A DNA stretch of 64,000 nt from Pseudomonadota bacterium (GTDB lineage Archaea; Thermoplasmatota; SW-10-69-26; JACQPN01; JAJPHT01). Below the pieces are notes generated by a model that saw nothing but the letters and a program-made list of their open reading frames with translations, made no database searches and was not told the DNA's origin. Position numbers and translations under genes: made by a program. Where the stretch lies: positions 1 through 64,000 of the forward strand of contig JAJPHT010000022.1 in assembly GCA_021325135.1 (NCBI GenBank), written 5' to 3'. Below, piece by piece: positions 47,161 through 57,276 of the stretch (position 1 is the stretch's first letter; each line of letters starts with the position of its first letter).

Positions 47161-48040
47161 TGCACTCGGATTCGAGCACGAGGACGGTGTGCTCGAACTG
47201 CGCGACCTGGCCCTCGCCGATCTCGTGGAGGATGGGGTACTGCTTCACGGCGCCCGCGCGCTCCAGCAGGCGCATGGCGTAGGCCACGCGCTCGGGGGGG
47301 ACGGCGCCCGCGATCCAGCGCTCGGCGAAGGGGAGCTTGGGATATCGTTCCGCGATGTGCTTCAGCGCGTCGCGCGCGACGGGGTCGCGCACGGGGCGCG
47401 CGCCCATGAAGTGGTAGATGTGCCCGCCCTTGGTGTCGCGGATCTTGCCCGCGCCGGTGGTGCTGAAGGGCTCGATGGCGATGGCGGTCCCGGGCTGCAC
47501 GCGGCCGCGCGCGGTCTGCGCGACGTTGGGGATGGAGAGCCCCGCGTGCTGCACGTATTGATCCACGCTGTGCCCGGTGAGGTTCACGATGGGCTTGTAG
47601 CCGCGGCCGCGGATGGTGCTCTCGATGGCGCGGCTGATGTCCTCGATGGGGACGTTGGGCTTCACGACCTCCAGCGCGGCCGCCAGCGCGTCCCGGGTGC
47701 ACTGCATGAGGTCCGCGTGCTTGCTCGTGCCCACCTCGACGGTGATGGCCGTGTCGCCGATCCAGCCGTCCACCTGCACGCCGCAGTCGAGCTTCACGAC
47801 CTGGCCTTCCACGAACTCGCGCGCGTCCAGCACGGCGGGCGTCTCGTGCGCGGCGTCCGCGTCCAGGCTGATGCAGCAGGGGAAGGCGCACTCGCCGCCG
47901 TTCTCGCGGATGAAGCGCTCCACGGCCTCCGCGACGTCGATCATGCGCGCGCCGGGCTTCACCAGCGAGGCGCCGTACTCGCGCGCGCGGCCGGCGAGGT
48001 TCCCGGCCTTGCGGTACTTCTCGATGGCGTCAGCGTCCAC
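47141..48040 (-). CDS. map: Type II methionine aminopeptidase
   Basis: AFPC..S...AAH, KLDCGVQVDGWIGDTA, NLTGH, AIEPF, QFEHT. Confidence 0.95.
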   Translation of the reverse strand: MDADAIEKYRKAGNLAGRAREYGASLVKPGARMIDVAEAVERFIRENGGECAFPCCISLDADAAHETPAVLDAREFVEGQVVKLDCGVQVDGWIGDTAITVEVGTSKHADLMQCTRDALAAALEVVKPNVPIEDISRAIESTIRGRGYKPIVNLTGHSVDQYVQHAGLSIPNVAQTARGRVQPGTAIAIEPFSTTGAGKIRDTKGGHIYHFMGARPVRDPVARDALKHIAERYPKLPFAERWIAGAVPPERVAYAMRLLERAGAVKQYPILHEIGEGQVAQFEHTVLVLESECIVTTKA

Positions 48041-48620
48041 GGGCTTCGACCTCCGCCGCGCGAATCGCGCCCTCGCGCAAAACCTTTGCCTCATCGCCCG
48101 TGGCGTCCACGACGGTGTCGAGCCTGCCGCTGCGCGCGCCCGCGTCCACGACGAGCCGCGCCTCGGCGCCCGCGAGGTCGCGCGCGCGCCGCGCGTCGGC
48201 CGCGTCGAGGTCCGCCGCCGCGAGGGGCCCGAAGTGGCGCGCGAGGCGCCGCGTGAGGTCGACGCTGGGCGCGCGCACGGCGACGAGGTCCGCGCCCGCG
48301 GTCACCTCGTCGGGGATCCACGGGCGCGGCCGCAGGAGCAGCGTCAGCGGGCCCGGCCAGAAGGCGTCGGCGAGGCGGCGCGCCAGCGGCGTCGCGAAGG
48401 CGACCTGCTGCACGTCCTCGAAGCCGCCCACGAGCACCGGGAGCGCCTCGTCCGCGCTGCGGCCCGTCGCGCGGAAGAGGCGCAGCGCGGCCGCGTCGTC
48501 CAGCGCGTCGCCGCAGAGCGCGTAGGCGCCGTCCATGGGCAGCACGGCCAGCTCGCCCGCGTCGAGGAGCCCGGTCGCGCGCTGCACGACGTCCGGCTCG
48601 GAGTGCGCGACGAGCTCCAC
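48030..48620 (-). CDS. TsaC/Sua5/YrdC-fold protein with degenerate active site
   Basis: FWPGPLTLLL, VAVRAP and LREGAI are retained; catalytic motifs are altered. Confidence 0.8.
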   Translation of the reverse strand: MELVAHSEPDVVQRATGLLDAGELAVLPMDGAYALCGDALDDAAALRLFRATGRSADEALPVLVGGFEDVQQVAFATPLARRLADAFWPGPLTLLLRPRPWIPDEVTAGADLVAVRAPSVDLTRRLARHFGPLAAADLDAADARRARDLAGAEARLVVDAGARSGRLDTVVDATGDEAKVLREGAIRAAEVEARGR

Positions 48621-48624
48621 GGGA

Positions 48625-49134
48625 TCACTTCTTCTCGAGCTGCTTCTTGATGAGGTCGCCCAGCGTCAATTCCTTGGCGCCGGCGTTGCCCACGGGGCGT
48701 CCGCCGATGCCGGAGGGCGCCTCGGGCTTCTCCTTGAGCTTGACGTCCAGCGCCTTCTCCAGCTTCGCCACGAGCGCGTCGGGCGGGTGGTAGGTGCCCT
48801 TCTCGATGTTCGCCAGGTTGCTCACGCGCTCGTTGATGGCCTTGCCCAGGTCCTCGATGGAGAGGCCGGCGCGCTGGCGGGCCTGCTTCACGCGCTCGCC
48901 GTAGTCCTCGACGAGCTCCTCCTGCATCTGGTCGTAGATGTCGCGGGGCTTGCCGCGGACGGCGCGCCGCTCCAGCGCCTGCGTCGTCTGGCTGCGGCCG
49001 GTGACCTCGACCTTGGGGCCCGCCTGCTCGACGCCGAACTTCACGCAGTTGCCGCACACGCTCATGGTCGTGCCTTCGATCACGGCGCGCCGCAGCGAAG
49101 GGAACTCCTTGCCGCACATCTCGCAGGAGGGCAT
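48625..49134 (-). CDS. mbf1: Archaeal multiprotein bridging factor aMBF1
   Basis: CEMCG...VC..C..FG zinc ribbon, ELVEDYG, HTH, LTLGD; adjacent to pan. Confidence 0.93.
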   Translation of the reverse strand: MPSCEMCGKEFPSLRRAVIEGTTMSVCGNCVKFGVEQAGPKVEVTGRSQTTQALERRAVRGKPRDIYDQMQEELVEDYGERVKQARQRAGLSIEDLGKAINERVSNLANIEKGTYHPPDALVAKLEKALDVKLKEKPEAPSGIGGRPVGNAGAKELTLGDLIKKQLEKK

Positions 49135-49334
49135 CGTCGCTCCATGGGGGCTCCATGGATAAAGCCCTCTCCCGATGCTCGTGGAGGTGGAAGCCGCTCC
49201 GGAGATCGAACGATCAGCCGTCCGCCCCAGGCGTTTCCACAAACGCTTAATATGGAGCAACCCTACCCAGCGACTGCGCCACCCCCGGGGAAATGCGGGT
49301 TTCCCGGAGTTCTGGGCGCACGGGATTGGTCCGC

Positions 49335-50594
49335 GTGTCCGAGGACGACATCTTCACGCCGTCGCCCCTTCCTCTCGACGGCATCGTCCCCGGGGAGGAC
49401 GACGAGCGCTACCTTGTCGAGCGCGTCAAGCACCTGGAGGAGCGCAACGCCCAGCTTCGCGACCAGAAGCGCCGGCTGGAGACCCAGTACCGCAACGCGG
49501 AGAACGACCGCCAGCGCCTGGCGCGGGAGATCAAGCACATCAAGGCGGAGATGGAGAAGCTGAAGTCCCCGCCGCTCATCGTCGGCTACGTCAAGGACAT
49601 CCTGGAGGACGGGCGCGTCGTGTTGAAGAGCAGCACCGGCCCCCACTTCGTCGTCCACGTGGCGGACTTCGTCGACCGCGCCCAGATGAAGGCCGGCGAC
49701 CGCGTCTCGCTGAACCAGCAGAGCCTCAGCGTCGTGGGCGTGCTGCCCGCCTCGCTGGACCCCGCCGTCTACGGCGCCGAGGTCGTGGAGCACCCCACCG
49801 TCACCTACGAGGACGTGGGCGGCATCAAGGCGCAGCTCCAGGAGATCCGGGAGGCCATCGAGCTTCCCATGAACCGCCCCGAGCTCTTCGAGCGCGTGGG
49901 CATCGATCCGCCCAAGGGCATCCTCCTCCACGGCCCCCCGGGCACCGGCAAGACGCTCATCGCCAAGGCCGTCGCGCACCACACCAACGCCACCTTCATC
50001 AAGCTGGCCGGGAGCGAGCTGGTGCAGAAGTACATCGGCGAGGGCGCGCGGCTCGTGCGCGAGCTTTTCCAGATGGCGCGCGCCAAGGCGCCCAGCATCC
50101 TCTTCATCGACGAGCTTGACGCCATCGGCGCCTCGCGCTACGAGGCGAGCACCAGCGGCGACCGCGAGGTGCAGCGCACGCTCATGCAGCTGCTCTCGGA
50201 GATGGACGGCTTCAGCCCCCGCGGCGACGTGAAGATCATTGCGGCGACCAACCGCCCCGACATGCTGGACTCCGCCCTCACGCGACCGGGCCGCTTCGAC
50301 CGCCTCATCGAGATCCCCAAGCCCGACCTGGACTCGCGCCGCGAGATCTTCGCCATCCACACGCGCCGCATGAGCGTCGCCCTGGACGTGGACCTCGCGC
50401 GCCTTGCCTTGCAGGTCGGCGAGGACGCCACCGGCGCGGACATCAAGGCGGTCTGCACCGAGGCCGGCATGTTCGCCATCCGCGAGGAGCGCGACTCGGT
50501 CGCCATGGCCGACTTCGAGAAGAGCATCCGCAAGCTCCTCGGCCAGAAGATCGGCGGCGCCCAGAACCTCCACAAGGACTCGGCCTTTGCCTAA
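49335..50594 (+). CDS. pan: Proteasome-activating nucleotidase
   Basis: N-terminal coiled coil, PPLIVG, GPPGTGKT, FIDELD, REVQRT, RPGRFD. Confidence 0.95.
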   Translation: MSEDDIFTPSPLPLDGIVPGEDDERYLVERVKHLEERNAQLRDQKRRLETQYRNAENDRQRLAREIKHIKAEMEKLKSPPLIVGYVKDILEDGRVVLKSSTGPHFVVHVADFVDRAQMKAGDRVSLNQQSLSVVGVLPASLDPAVYGAEVVEHPTVTYEDVGGIKAQLQEIREAIELPMNRPELFERVGIDPPKGILLHGPPGTGKTLIAKAVAHHTNATFIKLAGSELVQKYIGEGARLVRELFQMARAKAPSILFIDELDAIGASRYEASTSGDREVQRTLMQLLSEMDGFSPRGDVKIIAATNRPDMLDSALTRPGRFDRLIEIPKPDLDSRREIFAIHTRRMSVALDVDLARLALQVGEDATGADIKAVCTEAGMFAIREERDSVAMADFEKSIRKLLGQKIGGAQNLHKDSAFA

Positions 50595-50788
50595 AGCGGG
50601 GAGTTCGGGGGGCGCAGCCCCCTGAAGAAAGAGGAGTCGTCCGGCCGCGCCGCAGCGCGGCCAAAATGGGGGATTTCAGGGGGGCTCGCCCCCCTGACGT
50701 CTCGGTCGCCTGCTCGACGTGATTTCACGTCAGGGGGCTGCGCCCCCTGAAACCCCCGCTTTTGGCCGCGCTGCGGCGCGGCCGGACG
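50593..50788. repeat. Cluster of three family-A REP-like units, including a ~62-bp inverted pair
   Basis: 50638-50700 is nearly the reverse complement of 50727-50788. Confidence 0.85.
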
Positions 50789-50805
50789 TCGCCTAGGGAA
50801 CGTTC

Positions 50806-51726
50806 ATGGCCCGGCCTGGCATCCTCCGGATCGTGAGGCTCCTCGCCGGGCTGGCCCTTGCCCTCCTCGCCTTGCCGCTTGCCGCGGCCCAGGCCAACCT
50901 GCCCATCCAGGCGCAGGTGACCGGCTTCATGGACGACCCGGGCCACCCGCTCCAGCCCGGCGCCAACGAGACGGTCGAGATGACCGTGAACTACCAGGCG
51001 GGGCCCGCCTCCCTGCCCGGCCCGCAGCCGGACAACAACGACCCCACCAGCAGCGGGCCCATGCTCACGCACATCACGTACCGCGCGAAGCAGGTGCCCA
51101 CCTGGGTGGAGAACCTCACCTTCGACCCGCCCGAGGTCTACGCCAACGACACGCCCGGCATGCAGCAGGAGCCGCACCACGTCCACGTCATCCTTCGCAT
51201 CGCGAAGAACGCGCCCGCCGGGAACCACCAGAACCTCAGCGTCGACCTCATCGCCGACCCCAACGGCCCCACCCCCGGCGCGACGGGCACGACCTCGGAG
51301 ATCGCGCTGCGCCCTGGCGCCGTCCCCAAGGTCAACGTCACCAAGGACGCGCAGGGGCAGGCCATCCTCAAGGGGGGAAGCTGGCAGCCGGTCCGCTTCC
51401 ACGTGACCAACGTGGGCAACGGCCAGATCACCGCGCGGCTCAACGTCACCGTGCGCCCCCAGGACAGCATCGTCGACTTCCCCGCGACGCTCACGCTGGA
51501 CCCCGGCCAGACGCTCCCCGTGGACGTCATGCTGCGCCTCCCGTGGACCTACGGCGAGTCGGGCGCTCTGGAGCTGGAAGCCACGCCGCTGGGCGCTGGC
51601 GACGAGGAGGGGAAGCCCGCCCACGCGGACGTGGACATCGCCGGGCAATCCGCGGTCCCCGCCCTGGAGCCCCTCGTCGCGGTGGCGGCCGTGGGCATGC
51701 TTGCCTTGCTGCGCCGCAGGTCCTAG
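50806..51726 (+). CDS. Secreted Ig-like protein with CTERM-like tail
   Basis: Signal peptide; VTNVGNG Ig motif; VPALE-TM-RRRS. Confidence 0.75.
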   Translation: MARPGILRIVRLLAGLALALLALPLAAAQANLPIQAQVTGFMDDPGHPLQPGANETVEMTVNYQAGPASLPGPQPDNNDPTSSGPMLTHITYRAKQVPTWVENLTFDPPEVYANDTPGMQQEPHHVHVILRIAKNAPAGNHQNLSVDLIADPNGPTPGATGTTSEIALRPGAVPKVNVTKDAQGQAILKGGSWQPVRFHVTNVGNGQITARLNVTVRPQDSIVDFPATLTLDPGQTLPVDVMLRLPWTYGESGALELEATPLGAGDEEGKPAHADVDIAGQSAVPALEPLVAVAAVGMLALLRRRS

Positions 51727-51857
51727 CGCCGATCCTGGGTGGCGTGCAGCGCCTCGCCCCTCTAGTTTTCCCTGTGGAAGGGTACTTTCGACTGGAGCGG
51801 AGACGTTCCGCGCACCTTTAAGCCGGAGACACGGCTCTGGCGGCCAATCTCGGAGGG

Positions 51858-54089
51858 ATGCATAGGGCCAAGACCGTCGCCGAGGAGCTTGCGAAGAAGC
51901 AGAAGGAGATCAGCGTCTCGGAGTTCTTCGAGCGCAACAAGCACATCCTCGGCTTCGACAGCAGCGTCCGCGCGCTCATCACCAGCGTCAAGGAGGCGGT
52001 GGACAACGCCCTGGACGCCTGCGAGGAGGCGCAGATCCTTCCCGACCTCTACGTCGAGATCCGCCGCGAGGGCCCGGCGGCGAAGGTCGGCCAGACGGAG
52101 GAGCTCGTGATGATCGTCGAGGACAACGGCCCCGGCATCGTCAAGCAGCAGATCGGCAACATCTTCGGCCGCCTGCTCTACGGCTCGCGCTTCCACGCCA
52201 TCCGCCAGAGCCGCGGCCAGCAGGGCATCGGCATCTCCGCCACCGTGATGTACGGGCAGCTCACCACCGGCAAGCCCGCGATCGTCTACTCCAAGATCGG
52301 CGAGAAGCAGCCGGTCATCCTCACGCACCTCAAGCTGGACACGCGCAGCAACCGCCCCGACGTCCTCAAGCAGGACCCGGTGTTCGGCGACGAGCACTGG
52401 GCCGCCAAGGAGCATGGCACGCGCATCGAGGTCGCCATGACGGGCAAGTACCAGCGCGGCCCGCAGAGCGTCTTCGAGTACCTGCGCAGCACGGCCATCG
52501 TGAACCCGCACGCGCGCCTCACCTTCAAGGAGCCCGACGGCACGACCACCGTCTTCGAGCGCGCGACGGACCAGCTTCCGCCGCCCACCAAGGAGATCAA
52601 GCCCCACCCCGAGGGCACGGAGCTTGGCACGCTGCTGAAGATGGCCAAGAACACCTCGGCCAAGACGCTCACCACCTTCCTCCAGGAGGAGTTCAGCCGC
52701 GTCTCGTCGGAGAAGGCCAAGGAGATGTGCGACGCCGCCGCGCTCTCGCCGGGCATGCACATGGAGAAGTTCGACCTCGACGAGGCGAAGGCGCTCCTCA
52801 GCGCCCTCCCCAAGGTGAAGCTCCTCCCGCCGCCCACCGACTGCCTCAGCCCCATCGGCGAGACGCTGGTGCGCAAGGGCCTCAAGAAGGAGCTTCCCGA
52901 CACCGAGTTCATCGCCACCGTCACGCGCCCCGCCAACGTCTACAGCGGGCGCCCCTTCGTCGTGGAGGCGGGCCTCGCCTACGGCGGCGGGCTCCCCAAG
53001 GACGAGCCCGTGCGCATCATCCGCTTCGCCAACCGCGTGCCCCTCCTCTACCAGAAGGGCGCGTGCGTCAGCACCACCGCCGTAGAGGGCATGGACTGGC
53101 GCCGCTACGAGCTTGACCAGCGCGGCGGCAAGGGCATCCCCATCGGCCCCGTCGTGCTCCTCGTCCACGTCGCGTCGGTGAACGTCCCCTTCACCAGCGA
53201 GGCCAAGGAGGCCATCGCGGACATCGACCAGATCCGCAACGAGGTCGTCCTCGCGCTGCGCGAGTGCGCGCGCAAGATGGGCAGCCACGTTCGCAAGAAG
53301 GCCAAGCTCTCGCGCATGAAGGAGAAGGAGGAGATCATCCGCAAGATCATCCCCAAGATCGCGGAGAAGAGCGCCTCCATGCTGGGCAAGCCCGTCCCCG
53401 ACTACGAGCCCATCATCGCGCGCATCATGAACAACATGATGATCACCGACCAGATCGAGCCCGTGCCGAAGAAGGGGCTCAAGGTCTCCATCCAGGTCAC
53501 GAACTACTGCAACTTCGGCAAGACCTTCCAGCTCTACAGCGCGATCCCGCACAACGTCGCGCCCACCGACGTCTCCCCCGAGCCCGAGAAGGTGGAGGAC
53601 GGCCTCATCACGTGGAAGATCAAGCGCATCCCCACGGGCGAGACGGAGACGCTCTCCTTCCTGCTCCCGGGGCTGGACGCCTCCGACTTCGACGAGACGG
53701 ACCTCTACGTGAAGGGCATCGACGAGGAGCTTGTCATCGGCGCCGAGCCCTGGAAGGGCAAGGAGGAGCTCCCCCGCATCGAGGTCGAGACGGTGAAGAC
53801 CATCACCGCCGAAGGCCAGGTCGTCGAGGGCATCGTCCAGAAGGATGACCCCGTCCCCGAGACGCCCGATGGCGAAGAGGACGTCGAGGCCGAGAAGGAG
53901 CTATCAAAAGCGAAGGGCAAGAAGGGGAAGGAGGTGGAGCTTGCGTCCAAGGACGCGCGCCCCGCCGCGAAGCCCAAGAAGGGGAGCGCCTTCCCCATGC
54001 CCAAGGCCGCGCTGGAGCAGCAGGCGAAGCTTGGCAAGCCCTTCCCCGGCGCGAAGAAGGCCCCCAAGCCCAAGGGAGGGAAGAAGTAG
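51858..54089 (+). CDS. top6B: DNA topoisomerase VI subunit B
   Basis: [44 protein letters not shown]; C-terminal extension. Confidence 0.97.
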   Translation: MHRAKTVAEELAKKQKEISVSEFFERNKHILGFDSSVRALITSVKEAVDNALDACEEAQILPDLYVEIRREGPAAKVGQTEELVMIVEDNGPGIVKQQIGNIFGRLLYGSRFHAIRQSRGQQGIGISATVMYGQLTTGKPAIVYSKIGEKQPVILTHLKLDTRSNRPDVLKQDPVFGDEHWAAKEHGTRIEVAMTGKYQRGPQSVFEYLRSTAIVNPHARLTFKEPDGTTTVFERATDQLPPPTKEIKPHPEGTELGTLLKMAKNTSAKTLTTFLQEEFSRVSSEKAKEMCDAAALSPGMHMEKFDLDEAKALLSALPKVKLLPPPTDCLSPIGETLVRKGLKKELPDTEFIATVTRPANVYSGRPFVVEAGLAYGGGLPKDEPVRIIRFANRVPLLYQKGACVSTTAVEGMDWRRYELDQRGGKGIPIGPVVLLVHVASVNVPFTSEAKEAIADIDQIRNEVVLALRECARKMGSHVRKKAKLSRMKEKEEIIRKIIPKIAEKSASMLGKPVPDYEPIIARIMNNMMITDQIEPVPKKGLKVSIQVTNYCNFGKTFQLYSAIPHNVAPTDVSPEPEKVEDGLITWKIKRIPTGETETLSFLLPGLDASDFDETDLYVKGIDEELVIGAEPWKGKEELPRIEVETVKTITAEGQVVEGIVQKDDPVPETPDGEEDVEAEKELSKAKGKKGKEVELASKDARPAAKPKKGSAFPMPKAALEQQAKLGKPFPGAKKAPKPKGGKK

Positions 54090-55223
54090 ATGGCGAAGAA
54101 GAAGGCCGCGAAGGCCGACGGCACCGTCCAGATCACCGAACGCCAGAAGGCGGCCATGACGGAATTGCAGAAGATCGCGGAGAGCATCTACGCGGACTTC
54201 CAGCACCACCGCATCCCCAACCTGGAGCTGTCGGTCCGCAGCAAGAGCAACATCCAGTTCGAGGACGAGCTCAACGTCTGGAAATACGGCGAGAACACCA
54301 CGGAGCGCAGCGCCAAGAAGACCGACGGCGCCTACATGCTCCTGCGCACCATGTACCTCGCCGAGTTCATCAAGCAGATGATCAACGAATCCAAGTCCTC
54401 CACGCTCAGAGAAATGTACTACATCAGCGAAGGCTGGGACATGGCGAAGTTCGGCGACCAGGCCGAATCCGACAAGCTCGCCGAAGACCTCGAGATCATC
54501 ACCCTCTGCCTCCGCGAGGACTTCAAGCTCCGCCCCGAAGAATCCGGCGCCTCCGTCCTGGGCAACATCACCCTGGAAGAGGTCACCCGCGACGGCAACC
54601 GCAAACGCTTCAACTGCCGCGACGACGTCGGCGACGCCGGCTACACCATCCCCTTCAACGTCGAGAAGGACAAGCTCAAGATCCTCAGCCACGACGCCGA
54701 CATGATCGTCGCCATCGAGACCGGCGGTATGTACGACCGCCTCGTGGAGAACCGCTTCGACGAGACCAACCGCGCCGTCCTCCTCCATCTCAAAGGCCAA
54801 CCCGCCCGCAGCACACGCCGCTTCCTCAAACGCCTCAACGAGGAGAGCGGGTTGCCCGTGGTGGTCTTCACCGACGGCGACCCGTGGTCGTTCCGCATCT
54901 TCGCCTCGGTGGCCTACGGCGCCATCAAGACCGCGCACATCTCCGAGTACCTCGCGACCCCCACCGCGCGCTACCTCGGCATCACGCCCTCGGACATCGT
55001 CAACTACGACCTGCCCAGCGACAAGCTCTCGGAGCAGGACGTCAAGGCGCTGGAGGCGGAGCTCACGGACCCCCGCTTCGCCGACGACTGGTGGAAGGGC
55101 GAGATCGAGCTGCAGCTCTCCCTCCAGAAGAAGAGCGAACAGCAGGCGCTCGCGAAGTACGGCCTCGACTTCGTGACGGACACGTACCTGCCGGAGAAGC
55201 TCTCCGAGATGGGGATCCTGTAG
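54090..55223 (+). CDS. top6A: DNA topoisomerase VI subunit A
   Basis: [28 protein letters not shown]. Confidence 0.97.
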   Translation: MAKKKAAKADGTVQITERQKAAMTELQKIAESIYADFQHHRIPNLELSVRSKSNIQFEDELNVWKYGENTTERSAKKTDGAYMLLRTMYLAEFIKQMINESKSSTLREMYYISEGWDMAKFGDQAESDKLAEDLEIITLCLREDFKLRPEESGASVLGNITLEEVTRDGNRKRFNCRDDVGDAGYTIPFNVEKDKLKILSHDADMIVAIETGGMYDRLVENRFDETNRAVLLHLKGQPARSTRRFLKRLNEESGLPVVVFTDGDPWSFRIFASVAYGAIKTAHISEYLATPTARYLGITPSDIVNYDLPSDKLSEQDVKALEAELTDPRFADDWWKGEIELQLSLQKKSEQQALAKYGLDFVTDTYLPEKLSEMGIL

Positions 55224-55225
55224 GA

Positions 55226-56524
55226 TCACTCCTTCGGAAGCACGATGCCCGCCACGACGACGCCCTCGCCGCCGGAGGGCGCGCCCTCGGGCCAAGGCAG
55301 ATCGTGGTAGGCCACCTCGCCGTGCTCGGCCACGTCGAGGCCCACCTCCTCGTGGCGCTCGGAGACGCGCAACGAGACGAGCCTGTCGGTCGCCCCGAGG
55401 ATGCCCCACGTCATGGCGAACGTGTACGCGACGACGGCCAGGACCGCGACGGCCTGCTTGCCCACCAGGAGGAGGCTCCCGTCAGCGCCCGCCGGGTTCA
55501 CGGCGAGGCTCGCGAAGGCGCCGGTGAGGAGCGCGCCCAGGATGCCGCCCACGCCGTGCACGCCGAACGCGTCGAGGCTGTCGTCCAGCCGCAGCACCTC
55601 CTTGGTGAGCGCGACGCCGAGATGGCAGACCGCTCCCGCCGCGAGGCCGATGAGGATGGCCGCCATGGGCGCGACGAAGCCGCTGGCGGGTGTGATGGCC
55701 ACGAGCCCCGCGACCAGGCCGGCCGACGCGCCCAGCACGCTGGCCTTCCCCTTGCGCCACCACTCCAGGGCGCACCACGAGAGCGCGGCGGCCGCGGCGG
55801 CCAGGTGCGTCGCCGCGAAGGCGGACACGGCGAGGCTCCCCGCCGCCAGGGCGCTGCCCGCGTTGAAGCCGAACCAGCCGAACCACAGCAACCCCGCGCC
55901 CAGCACGGTGAGGGGGACGTTGTGAGGCCGCATCGCATCGCGGCCGAACCCCTTGCGGTGGCCCACGTAGAGGACGCACGCCAGCGCGGCGACGCCCGCC
56001 GTGACGTGGACCACGGTGCCGCCCGCGAAGTCCAGGGCGCCCAGCCTGCGCAGCCAGCCGCCCTCGCCCCACACCCAGTGCGCCACGACGTCGTAGACCA
56101 GCGTGCTCCACGCGAGGCCGAAGACCACGAGCGCCTTGATGGAGAAGCGCTCCGCGAACGCGCCCACGATGAGCGCGGGCGTGATGGCGGCGAACATCAT
56201 CTGGAAGAGCGCGAACGCAAGCGCGGGGACCGTCGCGGCGTACGCCGGCTCCGCCGCGTCGGCCCGCACTCCGGATAGCATCGCGCGGTCGAGCCCGCCC
56301 ACGACGCCGCCGTGGTCGTGGCCGAAGGCCAGCGAGTAGCCCACGAACGCCCACTGGAGCGAGACGAGGGCCAGCAGCACGAGGCATTGCATCAGTGTCG
56401 AGAGCACGTTCTTGTGGCGCACCATCCCGCCGTAGAAGAGCGCGAGGCCCGGCACCATGAGCATGACCAGCGCGGCGCCGACGAGCACCCATGCGGTGTC
56501 GCCGGTGGAGAGATCGACCGCCAT
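55226..56524 (-). CDS. amt: Ammonium transporter
   Basis: PGLALFYGG, DFAGGTVVH, LWFGWFGFN, DDSLDAFGVHG. Confidence 0.95.
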   Translation of the reverse strand: MAVDLSTGDTAWVLVGAALVMLMVPGLALFYGGMVRHKNVLSTLMQCLVLLALVSLQWAFVGYSLAFGHDHGGVVGGLDRAMLSGVRADAAEPAYAATVPALAFALFQMMFAAITPALIVGAFAERFSIKALVVFGLAWSTLVYDVVAHWVWGEGGWLRRLGALDFAGGTVVHVTAGVAALACVLYVGHRKGFGRDAMRPHNVPLTVLGAGLLWFGWFGFNAGSALAAGSLAVSAFAATHLAAAAAALSWCALEWWRKGKASVLGASAGLVAGLVAITPASGFVAPMAAILIGLAAGAVCHLGVALTKEVLRLDDSLDAFGVHGVGGILGALLTGAFASLAVNPAGADGSLLLVGKQAVAVLAVVAYTFAMTWGILGATDRLVSLRVSERHEEVGLDVAEHGEVAYHDLPWPEGAPSGGEGVVVAGIVLPKE

Positions 56525-56666
56525 GGCGCGCTCCTGCGGGCCGGGCGTATTTGGGCGCATCGGAAAAGTTCAGCGACGCATGATCGCCAAGCGCCTCGTC
56601 TTCCGTTCATCCGCTTGGACGGATGACGAACTCCGCTTCACTTGGCGAGGGACTCGGGAGGGAAGG

Positions 56667-56888
56667 TCACTCCGCCCCTTCCCGCTCCTCGCGCCGCGCG
56701 ATGGCCTCCTTGACGCGGCTGGGCACGCCGGGGCGCGAGCCGCCGATCTGCTCCTCGGCGGGGTACTGCGACGGCGCGGGCGCCTCGCCTCGCGGCGGCT
56801 CCAGGGGGAGGTCCGCGTCGCGCGCGCGGCGCATGTGCTCCATGTCGGGTGCCTTGCCTTCGGGGCGGTGCGGGTTGTGGCCGGGCAT
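56667..56888 (-). CDS. Small hydrophilic hypothetical protein
   Basis: MPGHNPHRPEGKAPD... (73 aa) with GC3-rich codons. Confidence 0.5.
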   Translation of the reverse strand: MPGHNPHRPEGKAPDMEHMRRARDADLPLEPPRGEAPAPSQYPAEEQIGGSRPGVPSRVKEAIARREEREGAE

Positions 56889-56947
56889 GCGGTCCACCAG
56901 GCGTGGGCGCGCCAAGGGGGTTCTGGCCGGGTGGTCGGTGGCGCGTC

Positions 56948-57121
56948 CTACATGCTCCCCCGCGTCGGGTCCACCAGCGCGGGCCCCTCCACGAGCCTGG
57001 CCCCCTTCGCGCGCGCGTTGCGCTCCGCCCGCTGGCGCGCGGCCTCGCCGTTCCCCGCCGCGAGGACGTTCGTCTCCCGCGCGCCGTCGGGTCGCTCCAG
57101 GACGTAGCGCCAGAGGGCCAC
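56948..57121 (-). CDS. Small hypothetical protein (57 aa, not in the ORF track)
   Basis: MALWRYVLERPDGARETNVLAAGNGEAARQRAERNARAKGARLVEGPALVDPTRGSM; strong GC3 bias. Confidence 0.5.
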   Translation of the reverse strand: MALWRYVLERPDGARETNVLAAGNGEAARQRAERNARAKGARLVEGPALVDPTRGSM

Positions 57122-57193
57122 GCCCTTGGCATGGGCACGGAGGTGGGATGGACGTTGCGCTTCCCGGGGGTTTCGCTTCTCCTGTCACGCCTA

Positions 57194-57269
57194 GACGCGA
57201 CGGCGCCACGACGCGACGCTTGGGAATCGTCGCGTCGTGGCGCCGTGGCGTCGTCGCGTTGAGTGGTGA
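57194..57269. repeat. Palindromic repeat family B, copy 2
   Basis: Near-identical to 20667-20752; left arm is one octamer shorter. Confidence 0.85.
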
Positions 57270-57276
57270 GAGAGCC

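Noticed and set aside
54120-54840. More A-ending codons in the 5' part of top6A (possible recombinant patch)
   Set aside because: Impression only; it needs a codon-usage scan and cannot be supported by eye.
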